A stretch of 63,610 bases of DNA, the filler included, from Welwitschia mirabilis (Eukaryota): NCBI GenBank assembly GCA_051453625.1. It is 6 parts of one record of this genome, joined end to end, with 100 filler letters (N's around TTAATTAATTAA, not from the genome) between each part and the next. Parts side by side here need not be neighbours in the genome. Positions count along the whole stretch, not along the records: positions 12,844 to 29,301 come from JBOZIK010000001.1; positions 29,402 to 40,950 come from JBOZIK010000001.1; 4 more parts are not named here. One strand, 5' to 3'. Made by a program: the position numbers and the translations under genes. The notes beneath the pieces are model-generated. The model was not told where the DNA came from and made no database searches. It saw only the letters and a program-made list of their open reading frames with translations. Below are positions 25,711 to 37,806 of this stretch, one piece after another. How positions within the stretch are numbered: position 1 is the stretch's first letter; every line of letters starts with the position of its first letter.

Positions 25711-27693
25711 CTATGTTATTTAGGAAATTCTTGTAAGGTAAAGGGAATACTTCCACTCTAATTATTAAAAAAAAAGTTTAGACTAGACAATAAAGAACTT
25801 GTTCTTTCTTAAAGTTTATTCAAGCTATCAATTTATTAAGTTGTTCAAGATAAATTTAATGATTCTAAAATAAGAAGCTAACTTGGTAAGTCTTCAATAG
25901 GAGATGGTGCATTATCCTTATTAAGAAGATTAAGGAGATACATTCCATCACATGATAGAATATCTTCTAGTAAAAATATTTTTAGAAAAACATAATGTTC
26001 TACTACAAGTGGATCAGGGTAAATATTCTCGAGAGGGACCTTTGGTAGTGCAATATAGTAGCTATGAAAACTCCACTAAGGGGTAAGTTGGTCATGATCT
26101 AGATTTTAAAATTCTTGTTGATTCTTACTCCTCTGACAGTGGTTACACTCTCCTCATTATGATTATAAAGTTAAGTTGTGATAAACAAAAGTTGAGATAT
26201 AATTATCTCCCAAGAGTCATCTAAGAAATAGCTAGAGGAGAAGAATTTTATTCTAGTATGTGATGAAATATGAATGCAAGGATATTTAATTTAATATCAT
26301 GCATAATATTAAATTCTATTTTAGCAAAAGGTAAAGCTTTATAGTTTTAAAATCATTGCATATTATCTTAATAATTTAGTAAGTTGTTTAGTATGAATCC
26401 CCTTTAATGAAATTGATATATCTATCAAAAAATAAAAAATTGTCATAAGATCAATTTATTTGAAACAAAATAAGAAATAGAAACTTTATTGAATAAATAA
26501 ATTTATTACATCATTTCTCATAACTAACAAAGACTTACTCAAACTATTTAAACTAAGGAATAAATTACTTTGACAAATCAATTCAATTCTTGAAGTAATT
26601 AAAGAACTTATTATTTTTATTAAAATACTTGGTCTTAGATGATAATCCTATAGAACTCTTACCAGAGGGTAGTAGGTGAATTTCACTTACATATTCTGAT
26701 ATTATGCTAATCTCTTCTAGGTAAGCTTACCAAAGGTGCTTGTAAGGATTTATGTTTTATATCATCTTCTCTATGTTCTCCTTCTCAAAGCTTAATGCAA
26801 CTAGACTAAGTGTAGTATTTATGCCTTGAAGCTAGCAAACTCTCTTTTCTAACGCCTACATCTACATAGCTAATTAGCTTAAGGAAACATCATAAGTGGA
26901 GTCTCCTTGATTAAGTTGCTGACATAACACTTTTATCCTAATCCTCAAATACTCAATCACCAAATAATGGATCACAGAACCAAAACATGAAGGAATGACC
27001 TCATTCTTAAAGCATCCTGTACTAGCTTTAGTAATGAATATTTTCAAGGTATCTAAAACCTCAACAATTAATTTGTAACCATAATATAGTAAGTACTACA
27101 CTTCATTCTCAAACCTAATAGAAATCTAAGGCAATTAGGATTCTACACTTCTGATACACATATCAATCTACATAGAACCTAAGTTAAAAAGGCAATGTTT
27201 TACTTTTTTAACACCTAAATAAACAATAGAAGAGGAAGTGAAATTAGATTTCATAAGGATTAAATAAGAAGAAATGATAAGAATTGAATAGGATTGAGTA
27301 TAAAAACTCTAAGACTTAGTGTGGAAAATGATGAATGATTAGCATGAAGGAATGAAATTTATAGCATGAGCATTCCTTAATAAAGTTAATAAGTGTGATT
27401 TATCTTAATATATTTAGTGAACACGTGTTTAGTAATAAAGTAAAAAATTCTAAAGGAACTACATACCTATTCTACCCAACATCTAATATGTGCCAAGTGT
27501 TAGTAATGATCTTCATATTAAGAAAGAAGTCGGAGAACTCCAAACTAATCAAGGTTCAATCTAAAGTTAGAACTTTATTTCAATTTATGATTAGTTTAGT
27601 GTTCTCTAAGATGCAAGCCTTTGTAGGAACCCATCAAATTTTGTATCATCATCAATTGCTACGTGGTTAAGAAAAATCCTGTAATTTATTTTT

Positions 27694-27809
27694 AAAATTA
27701 AGAAAAACCTTTAGATAATGTTATGAAAACATGATTAATGGTATATAGAAGAAAATTAAGGAAAACCTTTAGATAATGTTATGAAAACATGATTAATGGT
27801 ATATAGAAA
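27694..27809. repeat. 58-bp tandem repeat, two copies, running into a gap
   Basis: aaaattaag(a/g)aaaacctttagataatgttatgaaaacatgattaatggtatatagaa occurs at 27694 and 27752. Confidence 0.85.
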
Positions 27810-29401
27810 NNNNNNNNNNNNNNNNNNNNNNNNNNNNNNNNNNNNNNNNNNNNNNNNNNNNNNNNNNNNNNNNNNNNNNNNNNNNNNNNNNNNNNNNNNN
27901 NNNNNNNNNNNNNNNNNNNNNNNNNNNNNNNNNNNNNNNNNNNNNNNNNNNNNNNNNNNNNNNNNNNNNNNNNNNNNNNNNNNNNNNNNNNNNNNNNNNN
28001 NNNNNNNNNNNNNNNNNNNNNNNNNNNNNNNNNNNNNNNNNNNNNNNNNNNNNNNNNNNNNNNNNNNNNNNNNNNNNNNNNNNNNNNNNNNNNNNNNNNN
28101 NNNNNNNNNNNNNNNNNNNNNNNNNNNNNNNNNNNNNNNNNNNNNNNNNNNNNNNNNNNNNNNNNNNNNNNNNNNNNNNNNNNNNNNNNNNNNNNNNNNN
28201 NNNNNNNNNNNNNNNNNNNNNNNNNNNNNNNNNNNNNNNNNNNNNNNNNNNNNNNNNNNNNNNNNNNNNNNNNNNNNNNNNNNNNNNNNNNNNNNNNNNN
28301 NNNNNNNNNNNNNNNNNNNNNNNNNNNNNNNNNNNNNNNNNNNNNNNNNNNNNNNNNNNNNNNNNNNNNNNNNNNNNNNNNNNNNNNNNNNNNNNNNNNN
28401 NNNNNNNNNNNNNNNNNNNNNNNNNNNNNNNNNNNNNNNNNNNNNNNNNNNNNNNNNNNNNNNNNNNNNNNNNNNNNNNNNNNNNNNNNNNNNNNNNNNN
28501 NNNNNNNNNNNNNNNNNNNNNNNNNNNNNNNNNNNNNNNNNNNNNNNNNNNNNNNNNNNNNNNNNNNNNNNNNNNNNNNNNNNNNNNNNNNNNNNNNNNN
28601 NNNNNNNNNNNNNNNNNNNNNNNNNNNNNNNNNNNNNNNNNNNNNNNNNNNNNNNNNNNNNNNNNNNNNNNNNNNNNNNNNNNNNNNNNNNNNNNNNNNN
28701 NNNNNNNNGGCCATTATGATGCAAGCTATGAAGTTAACAGACACTAGCTCAAAGTTAAAACTTTGAGTTGGATTTAAAGCCAACCCATTATGCTGCAATC
28801 CAAACTTTAATTAATACCAACTCAAAGTTAAAACTTTGAGTCAAATTTTAAGTTAACTTATTTCTGAAGAGTGGGGTTCTTTTCTCAAAGATGGCTATTG
28901 ACTTTACTCTATATCTTCTTTAAGTGACCTCATTTCTTTATTCTATCTCACTTAAGTGTATTTAAGTGGCTAGGATTTGAANNNNNNNNNNNNNNNNNNN
29001 NNNNNNNNNNNNNNNNNNNNNNNNNNNNNNNNNNNNNNNNNNNNNNNNNNNNNNNNNNNNNGTCAAGAAATTGAGAGTTCTCAATAATCCTTGTGAAATA
29101 TTTTGATTATAGAGAGTAGCAACCACTTAAATATGACACCTTATTCCTCTAACCCCTCAGTTAAAATCATTTTTAACAACCCTTATTCATTCTCAACGAC
29201 CCCTAGCGAAAAGTAGCAAATGATTTCTTTTCACATCATCTAACCTATATTAGCCTTTATGATATGTTAAATAATTTTCTTATTATTTTCTTTACCACTA
29301 TNNNNNNNNNNNNNNNNNNNNNNNNNNNNNNNNNNNNNNNNNNNNTTAATTAATTAANNNNNNNNNNNNNNNNNNNNNNNNNNNNNNNNNNNNNNNNNNN
29401 N

Positions 29402-29472
<71 letters not shown>
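29402..29472. repeat. (TC)n microsatellite
   Basis: Perfect TC run at a contig edge. Confidence 0.95.
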
Positions 29473-29476
<4 letters not shown>

Positions 29477-30914
29477 ATTTTTCTTTTTTAAACTTGAAAG
29501 CTACATTTTACATGACCAAATATTTCAAAAGACAAAGGTGAAGTTCATAAGATAAAGATAGAAAAGAACACTTTTAAACAATCTAAGATCCTTTCAGCAT
29601 TGAGAAAAATAAGCATCTTCTTTCAAATTGAGTTCATGGACATGTGAATGTCCTAAGATTGGGTGAATCCAATCTTACCACCGAAATGCCCAAGTTAAAA
29701 AGACTAGTTATGGAGATAAATACATAAGTCAAGTTTGAAAAATGATTAAGTGATGCCATAATAACCTCCAAAGGAAAAATTTAAGAGAAAATTCAGATGA
29801 TTTACTCATGAAATTCCAATTTTTGTGCATTTACTTCCTGAAATTCTCAAGCAGTCAAGTCAAAAAGCTCAACTAATCATAAAAATGTATTTTCTTAAAA
29901 TAATAGAAAACAAAAATGATTATTTATTGACTGTGATCCTGCCCATCCTTCAGACGACAGAGAGGATGATAAGAATTGAAAAAAATAGAAAATTATCAAA
30001 AAACTAAAAAACTATTAAAACTAATTATCGTCCTATCTATCATGAGGATGATAGAGAAGATGACAGATTATTATTATAGAAATAGAAAATAGAAACTTCA
30101 AACAGAAATAAAAATTAAAAACAGAAAATGAAATTAGAAACTTATCAAAATAGAAAGTTAAAAAGAAAATATCAAGGCAAGTAAAATTTTTATTTAATTT
30201 CTAAATCTATATCATACTTTTATTGAAAAGAAAGAAGAGAATATTAAGGATCTATATTGATTTTAAGATTTGTAGAGAAATAAGGTCCAAACCAAAAATG
30301 TACTAATTGATAAAACATAAGAGATGTACAATTATGTCCAAGTAAAATCAATTGGATGAAGAGAGAAGTAATGGAGAGCACTTTATGATACCACATTAAA
30401 ATAAAATTTTAAAAGTCAAAAGGGAGAGAAATGCTAACTCTAGTAAAAGATTTTTAATTTAACATAAGAGTTTTATTTTGAATATCACAAAAATTATATT
30501 TAAATCCATTAAAAACATTTTTGTCTTCTAAATTTAAATTATGATGTTCAATTTTTGGCTTATGTAATGAACAATATCCTTCAAAATCTTTTTTAAAAAG
30601 TTAGACTTCCTTACACTCTAAAGGTTGTATTTCTTCTTTATTCTTAAGTTGGTCCTCACAAAGCACATGCTTATTTGATTTTATCTCTCTTTCTTCAAGG
30701 GGATGATTTTGTAAAAATAAAGTTGGTTTGATATTACTTCCAATGTTCATTTCATCATCAGCTAAATCTTTCTCAGCTGCATCAAAGATTCTAATTAAAG
30801 ATGTTTTATTTCTAAAATAACATTTCATTGTTCCTACTCTTGTATCAACGATGTAGTAGGCTTTTGCACAAAAGGCTCTTCTTAGAAGTAAAGGGTATCT
30901 TTTGTTATGCTCAA

Positions 30915-30997
30915 TGTTGTGGTGTGTATTTGTGCAATAGTTCACGTTTCAATCTTAATCCTGTTAATTATAATAAGATGCAAAATACAACACGCTA
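30915..30997 (-). repeat. 3' end of an Athila LTR inserted in a protease copy
   Basis: + strand tgttgtggtgtgtatttgtgc is the reverse complement of the LTR end GCACAAATACACACCACAACA. It is joined to AP sequence after ..atgctcaa (30914). Confidence 0.8.
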
Positions 30998-33900
30998 NNN
31001 NNNNNNNNNNNNNNNNNNNNNNNNNNNNNNNNNNNNNNNNNNNNNNNNNNNNNNNNNNNNNNNNNNNNNNNNNNNNNNNNNNNNNNNNNNNNNNNNNGGC
31101 TTATGTAATGAACAATATCATTCATAATCTTTTTTAAAAAGTTGGACTTCCTTACACTCTAAAGGTTGTATTTCTTATTTATTCTTAAGTTGGTCCTCAC
31201 AAAGCACATGCTTATTTGATTTTATCTCTCTTTCTTCAAGGGGGTGATTTTGTAAAAATAAAGTTGGTTTGATATTACTTTCAATGTTCATTTCATCATC
31301 ACCTAAATCTTTCTCATCTGCATCAAAGATTCTAATTAAAGATGTTCTATTTCTAAAATAACATTTCATTATTCCTACTCTTGTATCAATGATGTAGTAG
31401 GCTTTCACACAAAAGGCTCTTCTTAGAAGTAAAGGGTATCTTTTATTATGCTCAACTTCTACAATAATCACATCTATGGGGTAGAAAGCCTCTTCAATTT
31501 GAATTTTCAAATTTTTGATGATACCTAAGGGTTTCTTAACTAAAGTGTTTGCTAATTCTAAGACAACCAGAGTAGGCTTTATTCTATCCTCCAAACCAAG
31601 TCTCTTATAAATGTGATGTGGCATAATATTAACACTTACTCCAATGTCTATCAAGGCTTTTTCAATATTTTCATTTCCCTTTAAAGTAATGTTCACTATA
31701 GTTGCTCCTAGATTTTTAAATTTGGATGATTTTTGTAACACTAAATTCATGAGGGATTATGCTAAAAAGACTTTGTTAGGGATGAATCATTTTTATTTTC
31801 TTCTTATTAAGTCTTTCCAAAGTTTTTAATATCCTAGATTTTGTTACAAAAGTTTCTAAAAGGGTAATTTTATGCTCATATTTTTCATTAAGGCTTTTAA
31901 ATTTCTATTAAAAGTTAAATTATTATTAAGCCTATCAAGTCAAAGGTGATTTATTGAGAAGGATTTTTCTTTTTCTTTTTTCTAAGAAAAAGAAAGTTAT
32001 AATCTTCTAATATTTCAATGTCTTCTTTCTTTTTCCTTCATCATTTCTAAAGTTATTTTGGGAGGTAAAAGATTTATTTGGAGGAGGGTTTATTTCTTAT
32101 CCACTTATGATCACAACCTTATAATCTTTTCTTGGTTCACTTGGATTTAATAAAGGTTGTGTAGCTAATGTTCCTGAGGTCTTTAGTTTGCTAGCATTGT
32201 TTGTTAAAGGATTCTTGTTAAGTTTTCAAGTTTGACATTTGTTTCTTCATGTGATCTTCTAATTTCATCTGTAAGGTTTATAATTAGATCATTTGAATGT
32301 TGATAGTTGGATGAAATTGGTGGGTAGTTTGTGTTTTTGAATTAATTTATAAAAGGTTGAGAATTGTCTTGAAAATGAGTGTTCAATCTCAATTGTGCCT
32401 GATTTTGATTTTGGAAGTTCTGAGAAGGTTAGTTGAAAGCACAAACTTCTTCACATATTCTTTCTTTGTATGTTGGTAAAAGAGGATAGTTTTTGGTAAC
32501 ATAATAATTATCCTCACATAAGTCACAAGTTGGTATAACATTTCTTTTGATTGTAGATCTGGCATCTAAGATCATTTCAGCCTACTTCTCTAAGGTTGTT
32601 GTAAAGTTTTTCATGATGTTTATAGAATTGGATTCTATCTCTTTTTATTTTACCTCATTTAAATCTTTGATAATCTAGCCTACGATGTAATTTTCTTTTG
32701 TTGTTAGTCAAGTTTAACTTACCTTCACAAGTTCTTCTAATTTTGTCTAAGCATTGTCTAGGGTAAGGTTTATAAAATTTCCATCATAAGAGAAATCTAT
32801 AAGTTGTTTTATGTGGGAAGTTAATCCACTGTAAAAGTAGGTCACTAGTTCTTCTCATGAAAAAGCGTCTATCGAATTAGAATGGGTTGCTATGAAGAGA
32901 CGTTCATATGTGGAGGCATAATCTTTATTTAGTTTTTGTTGAAAGTTTATTACCTTCTTTTTTCTTTTATTATAGTTTATTCATCCATGAATCTTTTGAT
33001 AAAGATTTTCTAGACTTATTCCTAAGTTTTTAAGCTTTTGTGGGATATGGTTTTTAGCCAATTTTTCATCCTACCCTTCAATGTCAAGGAAAATATTATT
33101 ATATATGTTCTATTAGTGATTTTTTCCCCCATTTTCCAGGGTAAGGATTAGTTGTTCAATGTCTGTAATGTGTTGAAGGAAATCCTCATCATCTTCTCCA
33201 CTAAAAGTTGGGTAGGCATTTAAATTTTTAAGCTTAATTTCATCTCCTAGGGATAGATCAAAAGGGGTTAGAATCTCTTGTTTCTTATTGGCTAATAATT
33301 CTCTAAAGGTAAGATTTACATTAGGGGTAGAAGATCCTACAACTTATTTTTGCTTACAGGAGGCATTCAACATTGTAAATTGGTTCTCTTCTTCTATAGG
33401 ATTTTTGTTAAGAAAATATGATTTAGAAAAAACAAATTCAAAATAAGGTTTTAGTGCACCTAGAGATTATTTTTTGACTTGTTTTCTATGTTCACAAGTT
33501 CTTCTTTAATGTTCTTCTCTATCAGTAGTCTTTTTCTTTGATATTTATTCTCAAGATTGACCATATTACAGCATCCTATAAAGAGTAAACAACAGAAAAT
33601 AAGATAAAAAACGAAAGACCATTATCCTGTCTATCATGGAGATGACAGAAGGAATGAAACCCACAAAAATTAGAAAAATAAAAATAGAATATAAATCAAA
33701 ATAGAATGTGGAAAACTTAGAAAATAATATTGTTATCCACCTAGTTGTTCGGACATCATAAAAGATGACAGAGAGTAATTTATTACAAAAAATTTCAAAA
33801 TATGAAAATAAAACTTAAAAATTAAAAACTAAAATTGGTTGTCCTACCTATCGTGAGGATGACAGAGGGGACGAATATGATTTTTCTACAGAAAACTGAA

Positions 33901-34040
33901 TATGAAAAACTAAAACTGAAAATCTACACACAGAAAACCTATAGTTCCTAATAAAGTACAATGTTGCTATAAATAAATAACTAAATAGAGGCCCAATATA
34001 CTCACCCAATGATGAGAATTCTTGTACTCATCAGTAGCCT

Positions 34041-34058
34041 TTCTTGGTAATGGAACCA
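34041..34058 (-). promoter_or_regulatory. Primer binding site, decayed tRNA-Asp type
   Basis: Minus strand TGGTTCCATTACCAAGAA, 3 nt after the LTR end. It is mostly transition-derived from TGGCGCCGTTGCCGGGGA, the tRNA-Asp PBS typical of Athila. Confidence 0.7.
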
Positions 34059-35699
34059 ATTTATTATAGTGTGTATTTGTACAAGTGATTAAGTTTAAAA
34101 GGATTTTGTCATTTATAAAATAAATAGATATCTCACACAATACAACACACTAGTATGAGTGGGAGTAAACTCAAAATGTCGTATTCTCGTTGAAGACTAT
34201 AAGACAAGACTCAAATTGCTTTACAAAAGAAATATAGGAACCAGAAATAAATAAAAAATGCAAGGAAATAAATTACATTGCAAAATGCGAGATGTAACTA
34301 ATCTAGACGAAATGCAAAATAAACTACTCTTGTTGCTTTTAGCCTTAACAAAGGTTGCCCTTGATAATCTATATCACCTAAGAAATTATCACTAGATCAA
34401 GGGCAAGATAGACTATAAGGGTCATTAAAGAAACTACAAAATAGATAATAAGGGTCATTAAAGAAACTAACATGCAAATATGAAAACAAAACAAGGTTTA
34501 TTTATATTAAGAATGAATAACAATCATCTGGGTTACAAAATAGCTGAGCTTCAATGGTGGATACACAATCCTCCACTAAAAGAACATCTTTCTATAATAC
34601 ATGAGATGGATCTCCTACCCTTTGATCTCCTGTTATGAGAATTTCTAGTGCAATGAAAACAAGAAGGAGAGTCAAAGAGGAACTTATTTATAGGAAAATA
34701 CAGTAAAAAAAGACAAACAGAAGGCATAGTAAGATGTGCTCATTTACAACTTAAAAATNNNNNNNNNNNNNNNNNNNNNNNNNNNNNNNNNNNNNNNNNN
34801 NNNNNNNNNNNNNNNNNNNNNNNNNNNNNNNNNNNNNNNNNNNNNNNNNNNNNNNNNNCTAGAATAAGGATAACATAGACTATAAGGATCATTAAAGAAA
34901 CTAACATGCAAATATGAAAATAAAACAAGGTTTATTTATATTAAGAATGAATAACAATCATCTAGGTTACAAAATAGTTGAGCTTCAATGGTGGATACAC
35001 AATCCTCCACCAAAAGAACATCTTTCTATAACACATGAGATGGATCTCCTACCCTTTGATCTCCTATTATGAGAATTTCTAGTGTAATAAAAATAAGAAG
35101 GAGAGTCAAAGAAAAACTTATTTATAGGAAAATACAGCACACAAAGACAAACAGAAGGCATAGTAAGATGTGCTCATTTACAACTTAAAAATGGATGAAA
35201 TGATCAAGGATCACTATCAAAGTGAATTACATATCAGTGTCATCCTAACTGTCATAATCAAGGATCGCTATCAGAGTGGATTACATATCAGTATCATCTT
35301 GACTATCATCCAGACAACATGGGAGATGACAACTCATTATAAAAGATAAATTAGAATGATGACTCGGTAATGATTTAGCAGTTCACATCAATAGTCATCG
35401 TCCTACCTATCGTGGGGATGATAAGAAGGATAATGGTCTTCTTTAATTAATTTCTTAAGGAGAAATCTAGCATTTTTGTGAATAATCCCTCTTTAAAGAT
35501 CTATGCATTAGAAAATGCCTTTAATACATTAAATATGGATAAGAATTACACATTTCTTAGATTTCCTCTTGTATCTTCAAAATCCTTTTAATTGTATTTA
35601 AACCTATATAAAAGTCCTGCAAAATAATTCATAAAACTCCATCAAATAATCACAAATTAGTAATACAACAGTTTTAAACTTTTTCAAAAAGACCTACTT

Positions 35700-37630
35700 A
35701 ATGAATGCAAAATTGTTTCTCAAACATTATTAGTTAAGTAGTTTTTCTTCAAAATCTTCTTCTAATAATCTTTTAAAACGACCTTATTTAACTTAAATAA
35801 TCATAACAATTTAATAGAATGCAAAGTTATTTTTTCATTAAATTTTGCAAATATACCTTTAAATCCCTATTTAGTAGAATTTAAACAAAGAATAGTTGAA
35901 TTAGAATGGTATGAATGATTAATCATGAATGACATATTTACTTTAGAATCTGTCTACGAGTTTTATAAGAATTTAAGATTTGATGATAAGAAAAATGTGC
36001 TAGGAATAATTGTTAAAGATAAAAGAACATTAATTACTCAAGAAAATGTGCTAAAAACAACTAAAAAGAAGGAAAATATTTAGTTCTCTAAAGCCTATAA
36101 GGACATGAGTAGGCAATTATAGAGAGCTTATGAACTAATTGCTAAATTGGAGATCACTACTGAAGATAGGAAATAATTAGATACTTTTCCATGAGAAAGA
36201 CTAAAACCATTGGTATCTTTATTACAAAATCTGGCCTCAAGCAAGAAATATTATGCTAAATACATAGAGCATCAATAAAAATTCATTACATTTATGCATA
36301 ATAAAGGGTATCTATCCTTGAGTAGGGAATATTTAGATAAAATCTACACAAACCTGAAAGGGATGAATAAAAAATATATGAAGATTTAGGCAAAGACCTA
36401 AGAATATAGATATAAATGGCTTGAAACCCAAAATTCACTTAGTTATTATCATTCCATTTTGGAAGCAAATAAGAGAGAAATAGATCAAATTATAGAAGAA
36501 AATAATAGTCTTAAGAACAGGAAAGGAGAAGCAAGCTCTTTTGATCAACCTCATCAAGATCCAACCATTAAGCATATGACTTCAGAAATAAAGAGGAGAT
36601 TAGAAGAGTAGTAAGTTCAATCCAAAATATTCCTTCAACCTATTCAACTTTGACTGATGAAATTGAAAATAAAATAAAGCTAAGTATTGCAAATGCTTTG
36701 AAAGGATCTCATGCATAATTAAAGAAGGATATTAAGGTAATATGTTTAGAATTTATCCAACTTATTATTTAAAATTTAAAAATAGAAAAAATGAGATTAC
36801 TACATGAAATCTAGATAATTAAGATTAAGTTAGATAAGATATTAGTTTTGGGCATGAGGAATTGGTAGTTCCATGAAGCCTTAATTACTGTCCTTAAAGG
36901 ATATATGATTTTATTAATAGATCTGAAGAGCATTTAGAAAGTATCATTCAGAAAACTTCTGGGGGATAGTCAAATCTAAGAAAAATCTTTGATAATTGTA
37001 AAAAAGATGTTAAATCCTTGAGGAACGAAATTGTATAGAAAAGGAATGAAATTTCTATTAGAAAATTTAAAAATTTCTAAATGATAATGCCATAAAATGT
37101 TGTAAAATAATAGAAGAATGTGAGATGGGTATGAAAATTTTTGTAGTGTTGTCTTAAGATTTTTCATAGCTATGTCCATTTAGAGATAGAATTATGAAAA
37201 TATGACCATGTTGAGAGGTAGTTTTGTAGATATTTTTTTGAAATTAAAAAACAAGAATACATTAGAAATGTATACAATCCTAATAGGACAAACTTTAGGA
37301 GCAGGATTATAAGGCAAGACAGCTTCAAAACCAAAGCATATATCTTAAACTCCCAAAACAAAAACTTTTGTAGCTTCTAAAAGAAATAGAGGAGAGCCAA
37401 AGTAGCCAAGGGCATCTTTAAAAGGAAGAGAAAAAATAAGAAAGTTAACAACTAAAGAATTAAACATACAGACTATAGATTTGAATAACCCTATTTTACA
37501 AGAGGAACAAAGGAAAAATCTAGCTAACTTAGAGCAAGAAAAACAATCAACTTATTTGGCAAAAAAATTAGAAGAATCATAGTCTAGTGAAGAGCATTCT
37601 TTTATTTTCAAAAGGAGAAAAGAAAAATAA
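35700..37630 (+). pseudogene. Long degenerate env-like / putative plant transposon protein ORF of an unidentified LTR element
   Basis: Reads EFKQRIVELEWYE*LIMNDIFTLESVYEFYKNLRFDDKKNVLGIIVKDKRTLITQENV ('W...V.EFY.NL...VKG..I' motif), followed by K/E-rich coiled-coil-like stretches. It is flanked on both sides by inserted Athila LTRs. Confidence 0.55.
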
Positions 37631-37806
37631 TAATAAAGTTTTTAAGCTTTGGGGAACTGATGAGTAAAAATAATGATGTAAACTTTCCTTATTAATGCAA
37701 CGTTTTTGTTTTTATAATTATCTATTTTAGATGATATTTGGTATTTCTTTTTAACATTTAAGTTAATATACTACTTACTTAATAGGTTAATTAGTAGGTT
37801 AGCATA

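Larger units (their letters stand above)
29473..35670 (-). mobile_element. Athila element D: 5' LTR 34062-35670, tRNA-Asp PBS, gag, aspartic protease, no RT
   Basis: The LTR starts TGTTGTATTAC (35670) and ends ACAAATACACACTATAATA (34062). gag LNAYPTFSGEDDEDFLQHI lies at ~33170-33225. AP ORF 31175-31750 reads KALIDIGVSVNIMP..YPLLLRRAF. The sequence then becomes AT-rich non-coding. Confidence 0.85.

Noticed and set aside
37657..37690. CTGATGAG as a hammerhead ribozyme core
   Set aside because: No flanking stems or correctly placed GAAA box could be found.
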